Shown here one piece after another: positions 37,507-47,879 of a DNA stretch of 64,000 bases (position 1 is its first letter; the number at the start of each line of letters is the position of its first letter). The notes under the pieces were generated by a model. It was not told the DNA's origin. It did not search any database and worked only from the letters and a program-made list of their open reading frames with translations. Where the stretch lies: positions 288,001-352,000 of the forward strand of contig OZ244958.1 of the NCBI GenBank assembly GCA_965222575.1, read 5' to 3'. Source of the stretch: Alphaproteobacteria bacterium (GTDB lineage Bacteria > Pseudomonadota > Alphaproteobacteria > G965222575). Position numbers and translations under genes: made by a program.

Positions 37507-37845
37507 ATGACCTATGTTGTAACAGAAATCTGTATAAAGTGTAAGCACACTGATTGTGTGGAAGTGTGTCCTGTGGACTGTTTTATGGAGGGGGATAATA
37601 TGCTGGTGATTGACCCTGATGTCTGTATAGACTGCGGGGTTTGTGAGCCGGAATGTCCGGTGAATGCTATTTTACCTGACACGGAAGATGGGGCGGAGGA
37701 ATGGCTTGCGTTGAACAGGGAGTATGCTAGTCAATGGCCTGTTCTTACGCAAAAAAAAGACCCTTTACCGGAAGCAGTAAAGCATAAAGAGGAAACGGGA
37801 AAGTTTGACAAGTATTTTTCTCCTAATCCGGGCAAGAAAAAATAG
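37507..37845 (+). CDS. fdxA: 7Fe ferredoxin
   Basis: [25 protein letters not shown]...[12 protein letters not shown]. Confidence 0.95.
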   Translation: MTYVVTEICIKCKHTDCVEVCPVDCFMEGDNMLVIDPDVCIDCGVCEPECPVNAILPDTEDGAEEWLALNREYASQWPVLTQKKDPLPEAVKHKEETGKFDKYFSPNPGKKK

Positions 37846-37926
37846 GAAGGGCTTTAACAGCCTTTTTAACAGGGAAGCCCTACAATAGTGTGAAAAGATA
37901 TTACAGAGTAAAACAAGAGGCATATC

Positions 37927-38859
37927 TTGGCGCGGGTTGCGGTTATTGGAGCTGATAGCGGTCTTGGGATTCATCTGATAAGAACCCTTATCAAGTCCGG
38001 CTACAGAGTCCTAGCTCTTGGGGGAGGACATGGGACTTTAAGGTTTGTGAAATCCCCCAGCAGACCCGGACAGCTGTTCTCTGTGCCGGTATCGATTCTC
38101 TCTTTGCCAAAGGGCATTTTTTCCTCTACAGAAGCGGTGATTAGTCTTTTAGACGCCAAGATTTTAAGGGAGAGTTTTTATCTTAAGGCTGTGGAGCAGC
38201 TCACGAAAAGGGCGTGCGAAGAGGAGGTGAGGTGTCTTGTGGGACTCTCGAGTTTGTGTGAGGACGGGCAGCAATACAAGGATGTGTTAAAACCCGCTTT
38301 TTATCACAATTTTCAACAGGCAGAACCCCTTTATAGGGCCTGCAAACAGGCCATTATTGTTAGACCATCTCTTCTGTTTGGAGCACCACACTACCCCTTG
38401 GAATCCTTAGCTTCTGTTTACCGCTTTCTCCCCTGCACCCCAATCCTGCAAGGAAAATATCAACCCTTACACATTGGAGATATGGCCCAAGGTATTGTCA
38501 ACATCCTCACACAAAAGCCGTCTACTACTGACTTTGAAATGACAGGTCCTGAAACCTATACTTTTCGGGAACTCATGAAGATAATCGGACACTATACGCA
38601 ACGCCCCAACAAACCCCTGTTGCCCCTTCCGCTAAAAGTCCTGATAGGAATCTGTTGGTGCTTGAGAAAAACCCCACTGCCCTTTCCCCTAAGCCCTAAC
38701 GATATCATCGCCTTGACCATGAATCAGACAGCAAGAAAAACAGGAGGGTCTCTTAAGGACTTAGGCATCACACCAACTCCACTTGAGTGCTTTATCTCCT
38801 CGTGTTTCGGACGATTTCGCGCAACTTCTCCCCTAGATACCGATGCCATTATTCCATAA
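37927..38859 (+). CDS. NAD(P)-binding epimerase / NDUFA9-like protein (divergent)
   Basis: VAVIGADSGLG, IVRPSLLFG, QPLHIGD, TGPETYTF. Confidence 0.75.
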   Translation: MARVAVIGADSGLGIHLIRTLIKSGYRVLALGGGHGTLRFVKSPSRPGQLFSVPVSILSLPKGIFSSTEAVISLLDAKILRESFYLKAVEQLTKRACEEEVRCLVGLSSLCEDGQQYKDVLKPAFYHNFQQAEPLYRACKQAIIVRPSLLFGAPHYPLESLASVYRFLPCTPILQGKYQPLHIGDMAQGIVNILTQKPSTTDFEMTGPETYTFRELMKIIGHYTQRPNKPLLPLPLKVLIGICWCLRKTPLPFPLSPNDIIALTMNQTARKTGGSLKDLGITPTPLECFISSCFGRFRATSPLDTDAIIP

Positions 38860-39618
38860 CGTCCATAGGATTAACCCACTCCCTAAAACCATGCGGTACA
38901 GCACAAAAGCTTTCATTGTAAAATGTTGAACATAACGCACAAAAACCCGTAAGCTTAAAAAAGACAGAACAGCTGAAAATCCCATAACAGGGAGTATCAG
39001 CAGTTTTTCTCCTTGGAGATTGTACAGATGATAGAAAGACAAAAGCGTCACAGCTCCTAAGGGGAGGATTCCAAGAAAAGCGGATATCTTAACAGCCTGT
39101 AGGCGCGAAAATCCTTTGAATCGCAAAGCGGTGATGCACACACCTGACCGAGAACTTCCGGGTATCAAGGCAAAAAGATGCCAAAGTCCTACAAAAAGAG
39201 CCGTTCTAAAAGTCAATTGATGAGCACCTACCCTCTCTTCTTGAGGCGCTTTGTCCGCTTTATAAAGAAAAAAGCCAAAGACAATACAACCCATCCCTAT
39301 AATGAGCGGTGCTTCAAGATGGTAAATGATCCCTGTGAAATGAAGGAAAAATCCTACAACTAAAAGAGGGAAAGACGCAAACAAGATAAAAATTATCAGC
39401 ACTCTAGGGACAACAGAAAAAGAAGCCCGCTCTCCCCAATAGTCTTTCGAGAAAAAGTACACAGCCGCTAAAAAAGTCCCACCATGAGCAGCAACACTCA
39501 TCAGATGTGCATTCTCCGCCTTTAGGAAAGAACTCACCAATAACAAGTGTGCAGAAGAGCTCACAGGAAGAAACTCTGTCACACTCTGAAGAACTGCTAA
39601 GAGAAAAGTGTCTATCAT
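38833..39618 (-). CDS. uppP: Undecaprenyl-diphosphate phosphatase
   Basis: QSVTEFLPVSSSAH, LIPGSSRSG, FVLYR; start MIDTF. Confidence 0.93.
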   Translation of the reverse strand: MIDTFLLAVLQSVTEFLPVSSSAHLLLVSSFLKAENAHLMSVAAHGGTFLAAVYFFSKDYWGERASFSVVPRVLIIFILFASFPLLVVGFFLHFTGIIYHLEAPLIIGMGCIVFGFFLYKADKAPQEERVGAHQLTFRTALFVGLWHLFALIPGSSRSGVCITALRFKGFSRLQAVKISAFLGILPLGAVTLLSFYHLYNLQGEKLLILPVMGFSAVLSFLSLRVFVRYVQHFTMKAFVLYRMVLGSGLILWTLWNNGIGI

Positions 39619-39685
39619 TTCAAACAATCTGTTATACCATAGAACTATACCAATAGAAGCATCAGCAGAGTAGCAAATTTCCCTG

Positions 39686-40159
39686 ATGAACAAAACTGTT
39701 ACAGAAAACAGAAAAGCAAAATTTCTCTACGCTATAGAGGAAACGCTAGAAGCTGGTCTTGTGCTGCAAGGATGGGAAGTCAAGTCCTTGCGGACAGGAG
39801 GAGGAGATATGACAGGGGCTTATATCGATGTACGAAAAGGCGAAGGATTCTTGATAGGCAGTACTGTCACAGCGTTGAAACAATCAAAAGGAAACCCTGA
39901 AAAATGCCACGAAACCCGTATCAGAAAACTGCTCTTAAAAGGGAGAGAACTCCGCAGGCTCTCCGGGAAAACACAAGAACAAAAATACGCTATCGTTCCC
40001 CTTAAACTGTATTTTAATCACAAAGGCATACTCAAACTTCTCATAGGAGTCGGAAAACGCAAACACTATGCCGATAGACGACAGGAAATCAAAAAACGCC
40101 AGTGGAATAGACAAAAACAAGCGCTAACAAAAAAAATCAAACAAACAGTCTCAAGGTGA
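39686..40159 (+). CDS. smpB: SsrA-binding protein
   Basis: ENRKA, EAGLVLQGWEVKSLR, RKLLL. Confidence 0.96.
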   Translation: MNKTVTENRKAKFLYAIEETLEAGLVLQGWEVKSLRTGGGDMTGAYIDVRKGEGFLIGSTVTALKQSKGNPEKCHETRIRKLLLKGRELRRLSGKTQEQKYAIVPLKLYFNHKGILKLLIGVGKRKHYADRRQEIKKRQWNRQKQALTKKIKQTVSR

Positions 40160-41108
40160 AAAATAGACCATAAATTCCCAAGAATAATGCGCCTATGAGA
40201 CGCGGGGGGCAAGACTTGAGCAAAAGAAGACCAAGAGAAGACGCAATGAGAAATATATAGATATCTCTATCAAGATTTTGATTCTTTGTAGCGATATCTC
40301 CTATAAAAAGCGCGCTTGCTAACACCAAAGACGGATTGATAATGTTGCTGCCTACAATGTTGCCAACCCCCAAAGCTATTTGTCCTTTTCTCATGGCGCT
40401 GAACGTCACAGCAAGCTCAGGCAGAGAAGTGCCTACAGCTATGATGAGAAGCCCTACTGTTGCGTGAGGAAGGTGAAAATAGGTCGCAAACCCAATACCG
40501 CCGGTTACAAACAGGTTGCTACCCCAATACATAATACCACCTGTTAGAAGCATCATCCCTAAAGCGCTAGGCACAACAAGATATGAGGCTTTTTTCATCA
40601 GTGGTCGAAAAAGAGGAGGAAAAGGCGGGGGCGGTTGAAGAGGGCTTTTTTTCCAACAATGGAGGAACGTTAAGAGAAACAACAAGACAAGGATTAGTCC
40701 TGCGTAGAAGACAAAAGCCTCTATGGTATAGAGTATCACAAACACCCCCACAATGACTGTAAGCCAAAGCAAGGAAGGATAAAGAGAAGGGAAGGACGGG
40801 GTTGTTTGGCGAAAGGGGTAGAGGAAGAAGCCTAAGCCAAGAATTAAAAAGGTGTTAGCGATATTGCTCCCGACAATATTCCCGAGAATGATACCGTCGC
40901 TTCCCTTAAGGCTTGCGGAGATGGTTGTGAACATTTCCGGGAGTGAGGTGGCAAAGGCTGTTGCCATTAAGGCAAGAAAAAAGGGAGAAATCCTTAGCAC
41001 ATAAGAGAGAAAAGTTGTCAATTGCACAAGCAGTTCCCCGGCAATGAACACAATTATAAGCCCTAGTACTAAAGGCAAACAAAAAGCCGTTATCATCATG
41101 AATCTCAT
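40137..41108 (-). CDS. Ca2+/Na+ antiporter (YrbG family)
   Basis: Two ATSLPE/GTSLPE and GNIVGSNI alpha repeats. Confidence 0.92.
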   Translation of the reverse strand: MRFMMITAFCLPLVLGLIIVFIAGELLVQLTTFLSYVLRISPFFLALMATAFATSLPEMFTTISASLKGSDGIILGNIVGSNIANTFLILGLGFFLYPFRQTTPSFPSLYPSLLWLTVIVGVFVILYTIEAFVFYAGLILVLLFLLTFLHCWKKSPLQPPPPFPPLFRPLMKKASYLVVPSALGMMLLTGGIMYWGSNLFVTGGIGFATYFHLPHATVGLLIIAVGTSLPELAVTFSAMRKGQIALGVGNIVGSNIINPSLVLASALFIGDIATKNQNLDRDIYIFLIASSLGLLLLKSCPPRLIGALFLGIYGLFFTLRLFV

Positions 41109-41163
41109 GTTATACTGTCACCAGAAAAGTATAAAGGCATAAGTTAGAAGACCCCGGTATGCA

Positions 41164-41352
41164 ATGACGAAAAAGAGGGAACAGACAGTAACGGATGATG
41201 TTGTGTATTGTAGTGGGGACTGTACCTCAGCAAACGATGAAGCAACACAGACTCAAGGGAGTCACCCTAGAGTTTTTATCAAGATAGACCCTCAAACTGA
41301 GAAGGGGAAATGTCCTTATTGCGGCGCAGTATTTGTGAAGAAAAGCCCCTAG
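41164..41352 (+). CDS. zf-CHCC zinc-finger protein
   Basis: VYCSG...HPRVFI...CPYCG. Confidence 0.88.
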   Translation: MTKKREQTVTDDVVYCSGDCTSANDEATQTQGSHPRVFIKIDPQTEKGKCPYCGAVFVKKSP

Positions 41353-41355
41353 TTT

Positions 41356-43764
41356 TTAAGGAAGTAGTCCTTTGAACTGTAGAATAAGGGAGGTCATATC
41401 ATCAAAGGCAGGTGTTTTATCTGTAAACTTATCCAATGCATTTTGAAGGGTATTTAAGAGTGTTTGGCAAGAGCTTGCAGTTTGGTTCTTGAGGAACTCT
41501 TCCAAGCGTTCTTCTCCAAACTGGTGATTTTGACTATCCATTGCTTCTGTTATGCCGTCAGTGAAGAGGAATAATCTGCTTTCTTTTGGTAATATCACTG
41601 TTTTTTCTTGATAAGAAAAATCTGTAATCACTCCAACAGCTGTGCCTTGCGTACCGGGAAGTGGTGTGATGTGGTTAGGGGTGAGAAGATAGGGACAACA
41701 ATGTCCTGCGTTAACATAGGTCATTTTCCCGGTACGCAGGTCCAAAATCCCATAGAAAATTGTAATAAAAAAGTGTTTTTCATTGACATCACAAATCATC
41801 TTATTCACATGCGTCATGCATTGTCCGCAGGAAGGTTTATAGCATGCAATAGAACGCAAAAGAGTCCGCACAACAGCCATAAAAAGAGCTGCTACAATTC
41901 CTTTCCCGGAAACATCGCCAATCACAATAGCGAAGCGGTTTTTATCAATGAAGAAATAGTCATAAAAGTCTCCCCCTAAATCTTTAGCGGGAATCATAGA
42001 GGTTGCAATGGCTAAATTGTCTGCTTCAGGCGGTGTTTTAGGCAAAATAGAAGCTTGTACTTCTCTAGCATATAAAAGTTCTTCTTGTAAATTCAGAAAG
42101 TCTTGTTCGGCTTTAGAAGCTTTTTTGAGGGCTTTGAGTATTTTAGACAAGCGTTGATTTTGTTTCAGAATGTATCCAAAAGCCTTTTGCAAAGTTTCCA
42201 TCATGGATAAAAACTGGCTTTGCCCTCCTTTGGCTACGGAGGAGAATTCCCAGTCATAGGATTCTTTAAGGTGGTCTTGCATTTTGACGACATTTCTTTT
42301 AATAAGTTCTATTTGTTGCTTGTTTTGCTTTTCATAGCCATCGCACCGTTTTTTTAGTCCTGATAATCGGTAACTTAGGGTGTGAATATAGCGTTCAATT
42401 TTTCGTGCGGGCTTAAAGGGAATAGGGGAAGGTTCTTGTGCTTGTAGAACTTTTTTCAGGGAAGCTCGAATATGCTCCATGCCTCTTTTCCAGAAGGATA
42501 AGAGTGTTCTCATTTCAAAAAAGACGAGAAGAAGGAAAAGACTAAAGACCAGAATTTTTGAAACAATGCCCCAAAAGAGACTACCAATAGGAAAAACAGA
42601 AACAACATATAGCCCTAGAGGCCTGTGTTCTTTTTGAGGAATCACAGAGGAGTCCATTCTATCAAATAGAGAGGTATTGTTGGCTGGTGAAGACAAGTGA
42701 TTAAGTTCTTGAATGAAAAAAAAGGCCCCCGCGCGGTATTGCATAGAAAGCGACTGCTTTGGAGGTTTTAACTGCTGATAGTCCGGTAAGGAAAAGGTTG
42801 AAGAAATAAGGGAGGTCTGAAAAGTCCCTAGCCCGTCTATAATCACAAGGGGGGTGTAAATGTCTTCCTGTAGTTGATGCAGTAGCGTACTGAGGGCAAT
42901 GGCTAAGCCTTTTCCGGGAGTTTTTTCTATAAAAATCCAAAGAGCGGGTTTGCCATTAGGTAACACTTCTTTCACAAAGAAGCGTCCTCCTCCAAAGGGA
43001 ATGAGGACGCTATTTTCTTTAAGCGTCAACGGGATGAGGGCTGTGCGCAAAAGGCTATGGGTATCGTGCTGATGAGAAGACCCTTCTAAAAAAGCAAAGG
43101 CTTGATGAATGGTAAAGAGGACAAGTTTCCTGTCTGCTAAGGACAAGCTCTTCAGATACTGATTATGATGAGGCATCGTAGAGGTGATGAGCCAGCCAAA
43201 AAACATCAGAAAAATCAAAAAGAGAAGGAGCTGTTTTCCATACCACTCTCGTTTTCTATAGTGAGAGAAAGGCGGCCATATTTTGGCTAATTTGTTGAGG
43301 CTGTAGATGAGTTTATCCACGCGCATTCTGTTTACGGCATCGGGTTGACTGGAGCGTATGGCGTTAGCGTCTTCCTGACAAGCCTTATGGGTCAGATGCA
43401 ATTGATTAATTTGTTGTTGTAGAGACTTGCCTAAGCCAAATCCAGACTCTTCCCTGAACCCATGCTCCAAACGCACACCACTATTCAAACTTTTTTGCAC
43501 TCCTGCTAAAGGGAGAAAAAACCATCTCCTCACGAAAAAATAGACCGCACAGCCCGCTATGCCACTGCCCCCTAACAGCACGAGTATAGTCTTTCTCCCA
43601 CCACCACCACCTTCCTCTAAAAAGGCAGGAAATGATGGGACAAGCAGAGGTACCCCATACAAAACTGCCCACCCCAACAACAGACTCCCACAAACCCCCA
43701 AAAATACTAGCAACAGGTAAAGTCGGCTATAAGCCAATATGGAATGACGGGGGAAAAATGTCAT
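41356..43764 (-). CDS. Membrane-bound PP2C/SpoIIE (RsbU-like) phosphatase
   Basis: TM segments plus AREVQASILP, GGDFYD, IGDVSGKG, VNAGH, FTDGITEA, DDMT. Confidence 0.9.
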   Translation of the reverse strand: MTFFPRHSILAYSRLYLLLVFLGVCGSLLLGWAVLYGVPLLVPSFPAFLEEGGGGGRKTILVLLGGSGIAGCAVYFFVRRWFFLPLAGVQKSLNSGVRLEHGFREESGFGLGKSLQQQINQLHLTHKACQEDANAIRSSQPDAVNRMRVDKLIYSLNKLAKIWPPFSHYRKREWYGKQLLLFLIFLMFFGWLITSTMPHHNQYLKSLSLADRKLVLFTIHQAFAFLEGSSHQHDTHSLLRTALIPLTLKENSVLIPFGGGRFFVKEVLPNGKPALWIFIEKTPGKGLAIALSTLLHQLQEDIYTPLVIIDGLGTFQTSLISSTFSLPDYQQLKPPKQSLSMQYRAGAFFFIQELNHLSSPANNTSLFDRMDSSVIPQKEHRPLGLYVVSVFPIGSLFWGIVSKILVFSLFLLLVFFEMRTLLSFWKRGMEHIRASLKKVLQAQEPSPIPFKPARKIERYIHTLSYRLSGLKKRCDGYEKQNKQQIELIKRNVVKMQDHLKESYDWEFSSVAKGGQSQFLSMMETLQKAFGYILKQNQRLSKILKALKKASKAEQDFLNLQEELLYAREVQASILPKTPPEADNLAIATSMIPAKDLGGDFYDYFFIDKNRFAIVIGDVSGKGIVAALFMAVVRTLLRSIACYKPSCGQCMTHVNKMICDVNEKHFFITIFYGILDLRTGKMTYVNAGHCCPYLLTPNHITPLPGTQGTAVGVITDFSYQEKTVILPKESRLFLFTDGITEAMDSQNHQFGEERLEEFLKNQTASSCQTLLNTLQNALDKFTDKTPAFDDMTSLILQFKGLLP

Positions 43765-44510
43765 GAATCTCCATAATTTTTTTCAATTTTCTTCAGGGAA
43801 TGACGAACAGTTCGTATCGCTTGTTTGGACTCCTTTAACTCCTCCATAAATCTTCCGGTACAGGAGAGTAAAAGTCCTTCTTTGATTGCACCCTTTTTGC
43901 CGCTTATCTTAGCAGCGACAGAAACGATATGCCGATGAATCGGAGTCGTCACAAGAAAGAGAAAAAGACTTAAAAAAAGACCTCCCACACCACCAGCCAC
44001 TCCCCACCATATCCCTATGATTTTCCACCTTTTCCAAAGATAATCCCAAAAAGAAAGAGGAGCAGTCAGTAAAACAAGAGAAAATTCTTCCTCAGGGTCC
44101 AAAGCTTGACTGATGATATGAAGGGAAGAATGCACGAACCTCTCCCTGTTGAAGTGATGACCTGTATGGAGCGGCGGGATTGATTGTAAAACAGTCCCTT
44201 GAGCGTTTATGACCAAAACAGCACGAAAAAACGGAACAGAAACAAGGGTTTGTTGAGCTGATGGTGAAAGAAAAAGCCTGTCCTCTAAGGAAAGCACCTC
44301 CTCCCAATCCACTGTAGCACACGCTTGCTCATAAGCCCTCTGGTACCCCTGATTTAGGTGATGATACTGAAGATAAAGCGAGACGATAATCATGCCTGCT
44401 AACAAAAGCCACAAGAAGCCGCACCAAAACCCTATGCAAAAACGCCGAAACCTCATGACCTCACCACCTTTTAGCCCGTAAATGTCTTGCGTAAGACACC
44501 TCTTTATCAA
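43761..44510 (-). CDS. Hypothetical 2-TM sensor-like membrane protein
   Basis: Two TM helices around a periplasmic region; overlaps the start of the phosphatase gene. Confidence 0.55.
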   Translation of the reverse strand: MIKRCLTQDIYGLKGGEVMRFRRFCIGFWCGFLWLLLAGMIIVSLYLQYHHLNQGYQRAYEQACATVDWEEVLSLEDRLFLSPSAQQTLVSVPFFRAVLVINAQGTVLQSIPPLHTGHHFNRERFVHSSLHIISQALDPEEEFSLVLLTAPLSFWDYLWKRWKIIGIWWGVAGGVGGLFLSLFLFLVTTPIHRHIVSVAAKISGKKGAIKEGLLLSCTGRFMEELKESKQAIRTVRHSLKKIEKNYGDS

Positions 44511-44638
44511 AGAAGATTTTCTTTAAGAAAGGATTGTGATACGGCTCTTGGATTTTTGTTTATGGGCAGGTTTTACTGATTCTTAAAGCCTTGTTGTCAT
44601 ACTAGCACTCTCTCTTCTTAACAGATAAAAAAGGCATC

Positions 44639-45010
44639 ATGACATCCTCAGCACCCTCAAAAACGTTAGGAGAATTAGCCTTAATTGCTAGTTCTCTTGG
44701 TTGGAATCAGCAGGCTAATACAATTATAGAAGGATTAGAGATTGTATCAGAAGGCGTTTATCCTTTAATTGTAAAATCTGTGCATAAGCTTAATAGCGGT
44801 CAAGTGCAAGACGCTATTGACTTGCTTCAGAATCAGGCCTTAAAGCAAGATAGCGGCAATGTAGACGTGTTAGCCATTTTAGCATTAGCGTTCAAATTAA
44901 ATGGCTATGAGAAAAAAAGTCAGGAGATTGCAGAACAAATTCTTGCACAAGAAGAGAATGGTGACACCCAAGCGGGACAATTTGCTTCTGCTCTTTTGAA
45001 GGGCGATTAA
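44639..45010 (+). CDS. T3SS TPR chaperone-like protein (YscG/EscG/SsaH-like)
   Basis: 123-aa TPR-like helices at the head of the T3SS operon. Confidence 0.6.
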   Translation: MTSSAPSKTLGELALIASSLGWNQQANTIIEGLEIVSEGVYPLIVKSVHKLNSGQVQDAIDLLQNQALKQDSGNVDVLAILALAFKLNGYEKKSQEIAEQILAQEENGDTQAGQFASALLKGD

Positions 45011-45037
45011 CGAAGAGGAAAAGAGGAGAAGAGTCTG

Positions 45038-45484
45038 GTGGATACACAAATCACGCAACAAATAAGCCAAAAGGTTCTTTCTGAAGCGCAACGCGAAGTA
45101 GCCAAGCAGCCACAAACTCAAGATGTAGAAACCTTCAAGCAAGCCATGCAAGAGGGGGGGGGGCAACAACAACAGACACAACAAACCTCAACAGTAGAAG
45201 GTACCCAGAGAGTTCAAGAAAAAGGGGAAATACAGCCGACAGAAGGCGTCAAAAATTCCGGAGAAAAAATTCTGGATAATCTCAGCAATATGAACAAATC
45301 TTTTAAGGAGAGCCTACAGAAAATTCATAACATTTTAGACAAAGATGGCATGCAAGTGATTTCTACGCGGGATATGATGAAAGTTCAAATGGAGCTTTAT
45401 ACCATGCAATTCAAACAAGAAATGACGAGCAAAATTGCAACAAAAAGCACGCAAAATCTTGATTCTCTACTTAAGAATCAGTAA
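45038..45484 (+). CDS. sctI: T3SS inner rod protein
   Basis: C-terminal MMKVQMEL...SKIATKSTQNLDSLLKNQ. Confidence 0.75.
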   Translation: MDTQITQQISQKVLSEAQREVAKQPQTQDVETFKQAMQEGGGQQQQTQQTSTVEGTQRVQEKGEIQPTEGVKNSGEKILDNLSNMNKSFKESLQKIHNILDKDGMQVISTRDMMKVQMELYTMQFKQEMTSKIATKSTQNLDSLLKNQ

Positions 45485-46080
45485 TGGAAGAATGGATTTA
45501 TATCTCTCCAGATACGAAAATTCTCAAGGCAGAAACCTATCAGGAATATATCACCTCAAAATCTATCCTAGACGAGGCGCACCAACAAGCGGACGAGATT
45601 TTATCGCAACAAAAACTTGCCTATGATATCGGCTACATACGCGGCGTAGAAAGGGCTAAGAGACAAGAAGCGCGTCAGTCCTTAAAGCGTATGTTAGAAG
45701 CACTTTGGACAGAAGCTTCTTTTTTCCATAACCAAAAAGCCCCCGCTACCGCTATGGCTAGTAAAGCGCTGGAAAAATTACTAGGCTCTATTGAAAACTC
45801 CGAGCGAATAGAACAAGAAGTCCAAGCCTCTCTTGAAGAAGTTCAAGGACGCTCCTTTTTAGAGCTACAGGTACACCAAAGCGTCCTTGAAAAGACCCAA
45901 GAAAAACTCCAAGCTCTCAATAAAACCCTTTGTGTTCCGTCATTTTTTTCAGTCACTGCTCATCACGGCATCGCTTATCCTAGCCGTTGTGCTATTCATT
46001 GTCGCTTTGCTTGCATAGAAGGGCTGCTAAGAGAGATGCTCAAGGACTTACAAACTCTTGTCAAGGAGCTTGGCTCTTAA
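45484..46080 (+). CDS. sctL: T3SS stator-like protein (divergent)
   Basis: KILKAETY...[12 protein letters not shown]...GYIRG; directly before the ATPase gene. Confidence 0.65.
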   Translation: MEEWIYISPDTKILKAETYQEYITSKSILDEAHQQADEILSQQKLAYDIGYIRGVERAKRQEARQSLKRMLEALWTEASFFHNQKAPATAMASKALEKLLGSIENSERIEQEVQASLEEVQGRSFLELQVHQSVLEKTQEKLQALNKTLCVPSFFSVTAHHGIAYPSRCAIHCRFACIEGLLREMLKDLQTLVKELGS

Positions 46081-46081
46081 A

Positions 46082-47404
46082 ATGCTCTCTAACCTGAACT
46101 ATATCAACGATGTGTTCAAGAGCGTCATTAGCGAGCTATCGCTGTTGCAGATTAGAGGCCGTGTTACGCAAGTCATTGGGACGATTATCAAAGCTTTTGT
46201 TCCTTCTGCTAAAGTGGGGGAGTTGTGTCTTCTTCAGAACAGAGACGAGGATTTTTCTATTACCGCTGAAGTGGTGGGGTTTGCGAAGGGTGCTGCGTTA
46301 TTGACGCCTATTGGGGAGATGCGAGGGGTTTCTACTGCAACGGAAGTGATTCCTACAGGCAAAACGCATCTCGTAGGAGTAGGCCCGGGCCTCTTAGGAC
46401 GCGTCCTAGATGGAATAGGCAATCCTTATGATAATAAAGGGGATTTGAAAGCAGAGACTTATTATCCTGTTTATCAAGAAGCTCCTGACCCTATGATACG
46501 GCGCATTATCAAAGACCCTTTGCCCTTAGGCCTACGGGTTATCGATGGGTTTTTGACCTTAGGAGAAGGACAGAGAATGGGGATTTTCGCGGCGGCTGGC
46601 GGGGGGAAAAGCACGCTTTTATCCTCTATTGTGAAAGGGGCTCAGGTGGATATTACGGTCGTGGCGTTAATCGGAGAAAGAGGAAGGGAAGTGAGAGAAT
46701 TTATAGAACATGACCTTGGAGAAGAGGGAATGAAAAAATCTGTTATTGTCTGTGCTACTTCAGATAAATCCTCTATGGAAAGAGCAAAAGCCGCTTATGT
46801 TGCAACGGCTATCAGTGAGTATTTCAGAGACCAAGGGGAGAAAGTTTTGTTGTTGATGGATTCTGTGACGCGCTTTGCTAGGGCGCAAAGAGAAATCGGA
46901 TTAGCCGCAGGAGAACCTCCCACTAGAAGAGGATTCCCCCCTTCTGTCTTTGCCATGTTGCCTAAGCTCATGGAAAGGGCTGGCAATAACGATAAAGGCT
47001 CTATCTCTGCTCTTTATACCATTCTGGTAGAAGGAGACGATATGACGGAACCGATTGCTGATGAAACGCGTTCTATTTTGGACGGCCATATTATTCTCTC
47101 ACGCAAACTTGCCTCTTCTAACCATTATCCCGCTATTGATGTGCTCGCTAGCACAAGCCGTACCATGAACAATGTGGTGGCTGATGAACAAAAGGCAAAC
47201 ACAGGAAAAATCAGAGAATTACTGGCAAAATACACCCAAGTGGAGCTGCTGCTGAAAATTGGCGAGTACAAATCCGGCGCGGACCAAGTCACAGACGAAG
47301 CCGTTGAGAAAATTGACGCTATTAACGCTTTCCTCAAACAAGGACTAGGGGAAATCTCCTCTTTCCCAGAAACGCTCAAACGCCTCACAGAACTAACAAA
47401 ATGA
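46082..47404 (+). CDS. sctN: T3SS ATPase
   Basis: [42 protein letters not shown]. Confidence 0.96.
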   Translation: MLSNLNYINDVFKSVISELSLLQIRGRVTQVIGTIIKAFVPSAKVGELCLLQNRDEDFSITAEVVGFAKGAALLTPIGEMRGVSTATEVIPTGKTHLVGVGPGLLGRVLDGIGNPYDNKGDLKAETYYPVYQEAPDPMIRRIIKDPLPLGLRVIDGFLTLGEGQRMGIFAAAGGGKSTLLSSIVKGAQVDITVVALIGERGREVREFIEHDLGEEGMKKSVIVCATSDKSSMERAKAAYVATAISEYFRDQGEKVLLLMDSVTRFARAQREIGLAAGEPPTRRGFPPSVFAMLPKLMERAGNNDKGSISALYTILVEGDDMTEPIADETRSILDGHIILSRKLASSNHYPAIDVLASTSRTMNNVVADEQKANTGKIRELLAKYTQVELLLKIGEYKSGADQVTDEAVEKIDAINAFLKQGLGEISSFPETLKRLTELTK

Positions 47405-47877
47405 CAGAAAATGTCTATAGCTCTTTATTGAGCCTTAAGAAATTTCAGGAAAAATCTAAAGAGGATAAAGTCCGCCGACAAAGAGATATCTTCAAACAAG
47501 AAGACATCATGGTAGGCAAACGTAGACATGAACTGAAAACCTATAACCTAGAACGCAAACAAAAAGAAAACAGCATGTATGACAATATTATGGAAAAATG
47601 TATCCCTCTTGACCAACTACAAGGAGTCAATCTCTCCATTACCTCCTTAAGAGAAGAGGAAAAACAGTACGAAAACCGCCTAACAGACTCTCTCTCTAAT
47701 AAGAAGAAAGCGGAAGTGGATTTAACGGTTGCTAAAAAAGAACACCATCTTGCTATCAAAAAAACACAAAAATTTGAGGAACTGAATACAGAAAACGACA
47801 CGCTCATCAAAAAAGAAAACCAACACAAAGAAGAAATGGAAATGGAAGAATTTTCTCCATCCTCCCCCTTATTGTAA
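47401..47877 (+). CDS. sctO: T3SS stalk protein
   Basis: Coiled coil after sctN ending in EEMEMEEF. Confidence 0.75.
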   Translation: MTENVYSSLLSLKKFQEKSKEDKVRRQRDIFKQEDIMVGKRRHELKTYNLERKQKENSMYDNIMEKCIPLDQLQGVNLSITSLREEEKQYENRLTDSLSNKKKAEVDLTVAKKEHHLAIKKTQKFEELNTENDTLIKKENQHKEEMEMEEFSPSSPLL

Positions 47878-47879
47878 CT

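Noticed and set aside
37854-37869. TTAA-N-TTAA as a CtrA box
   Set aside because: Spacing is 8 nt rather than 7, and it lies inside a terminator-like hairpin after fdxA
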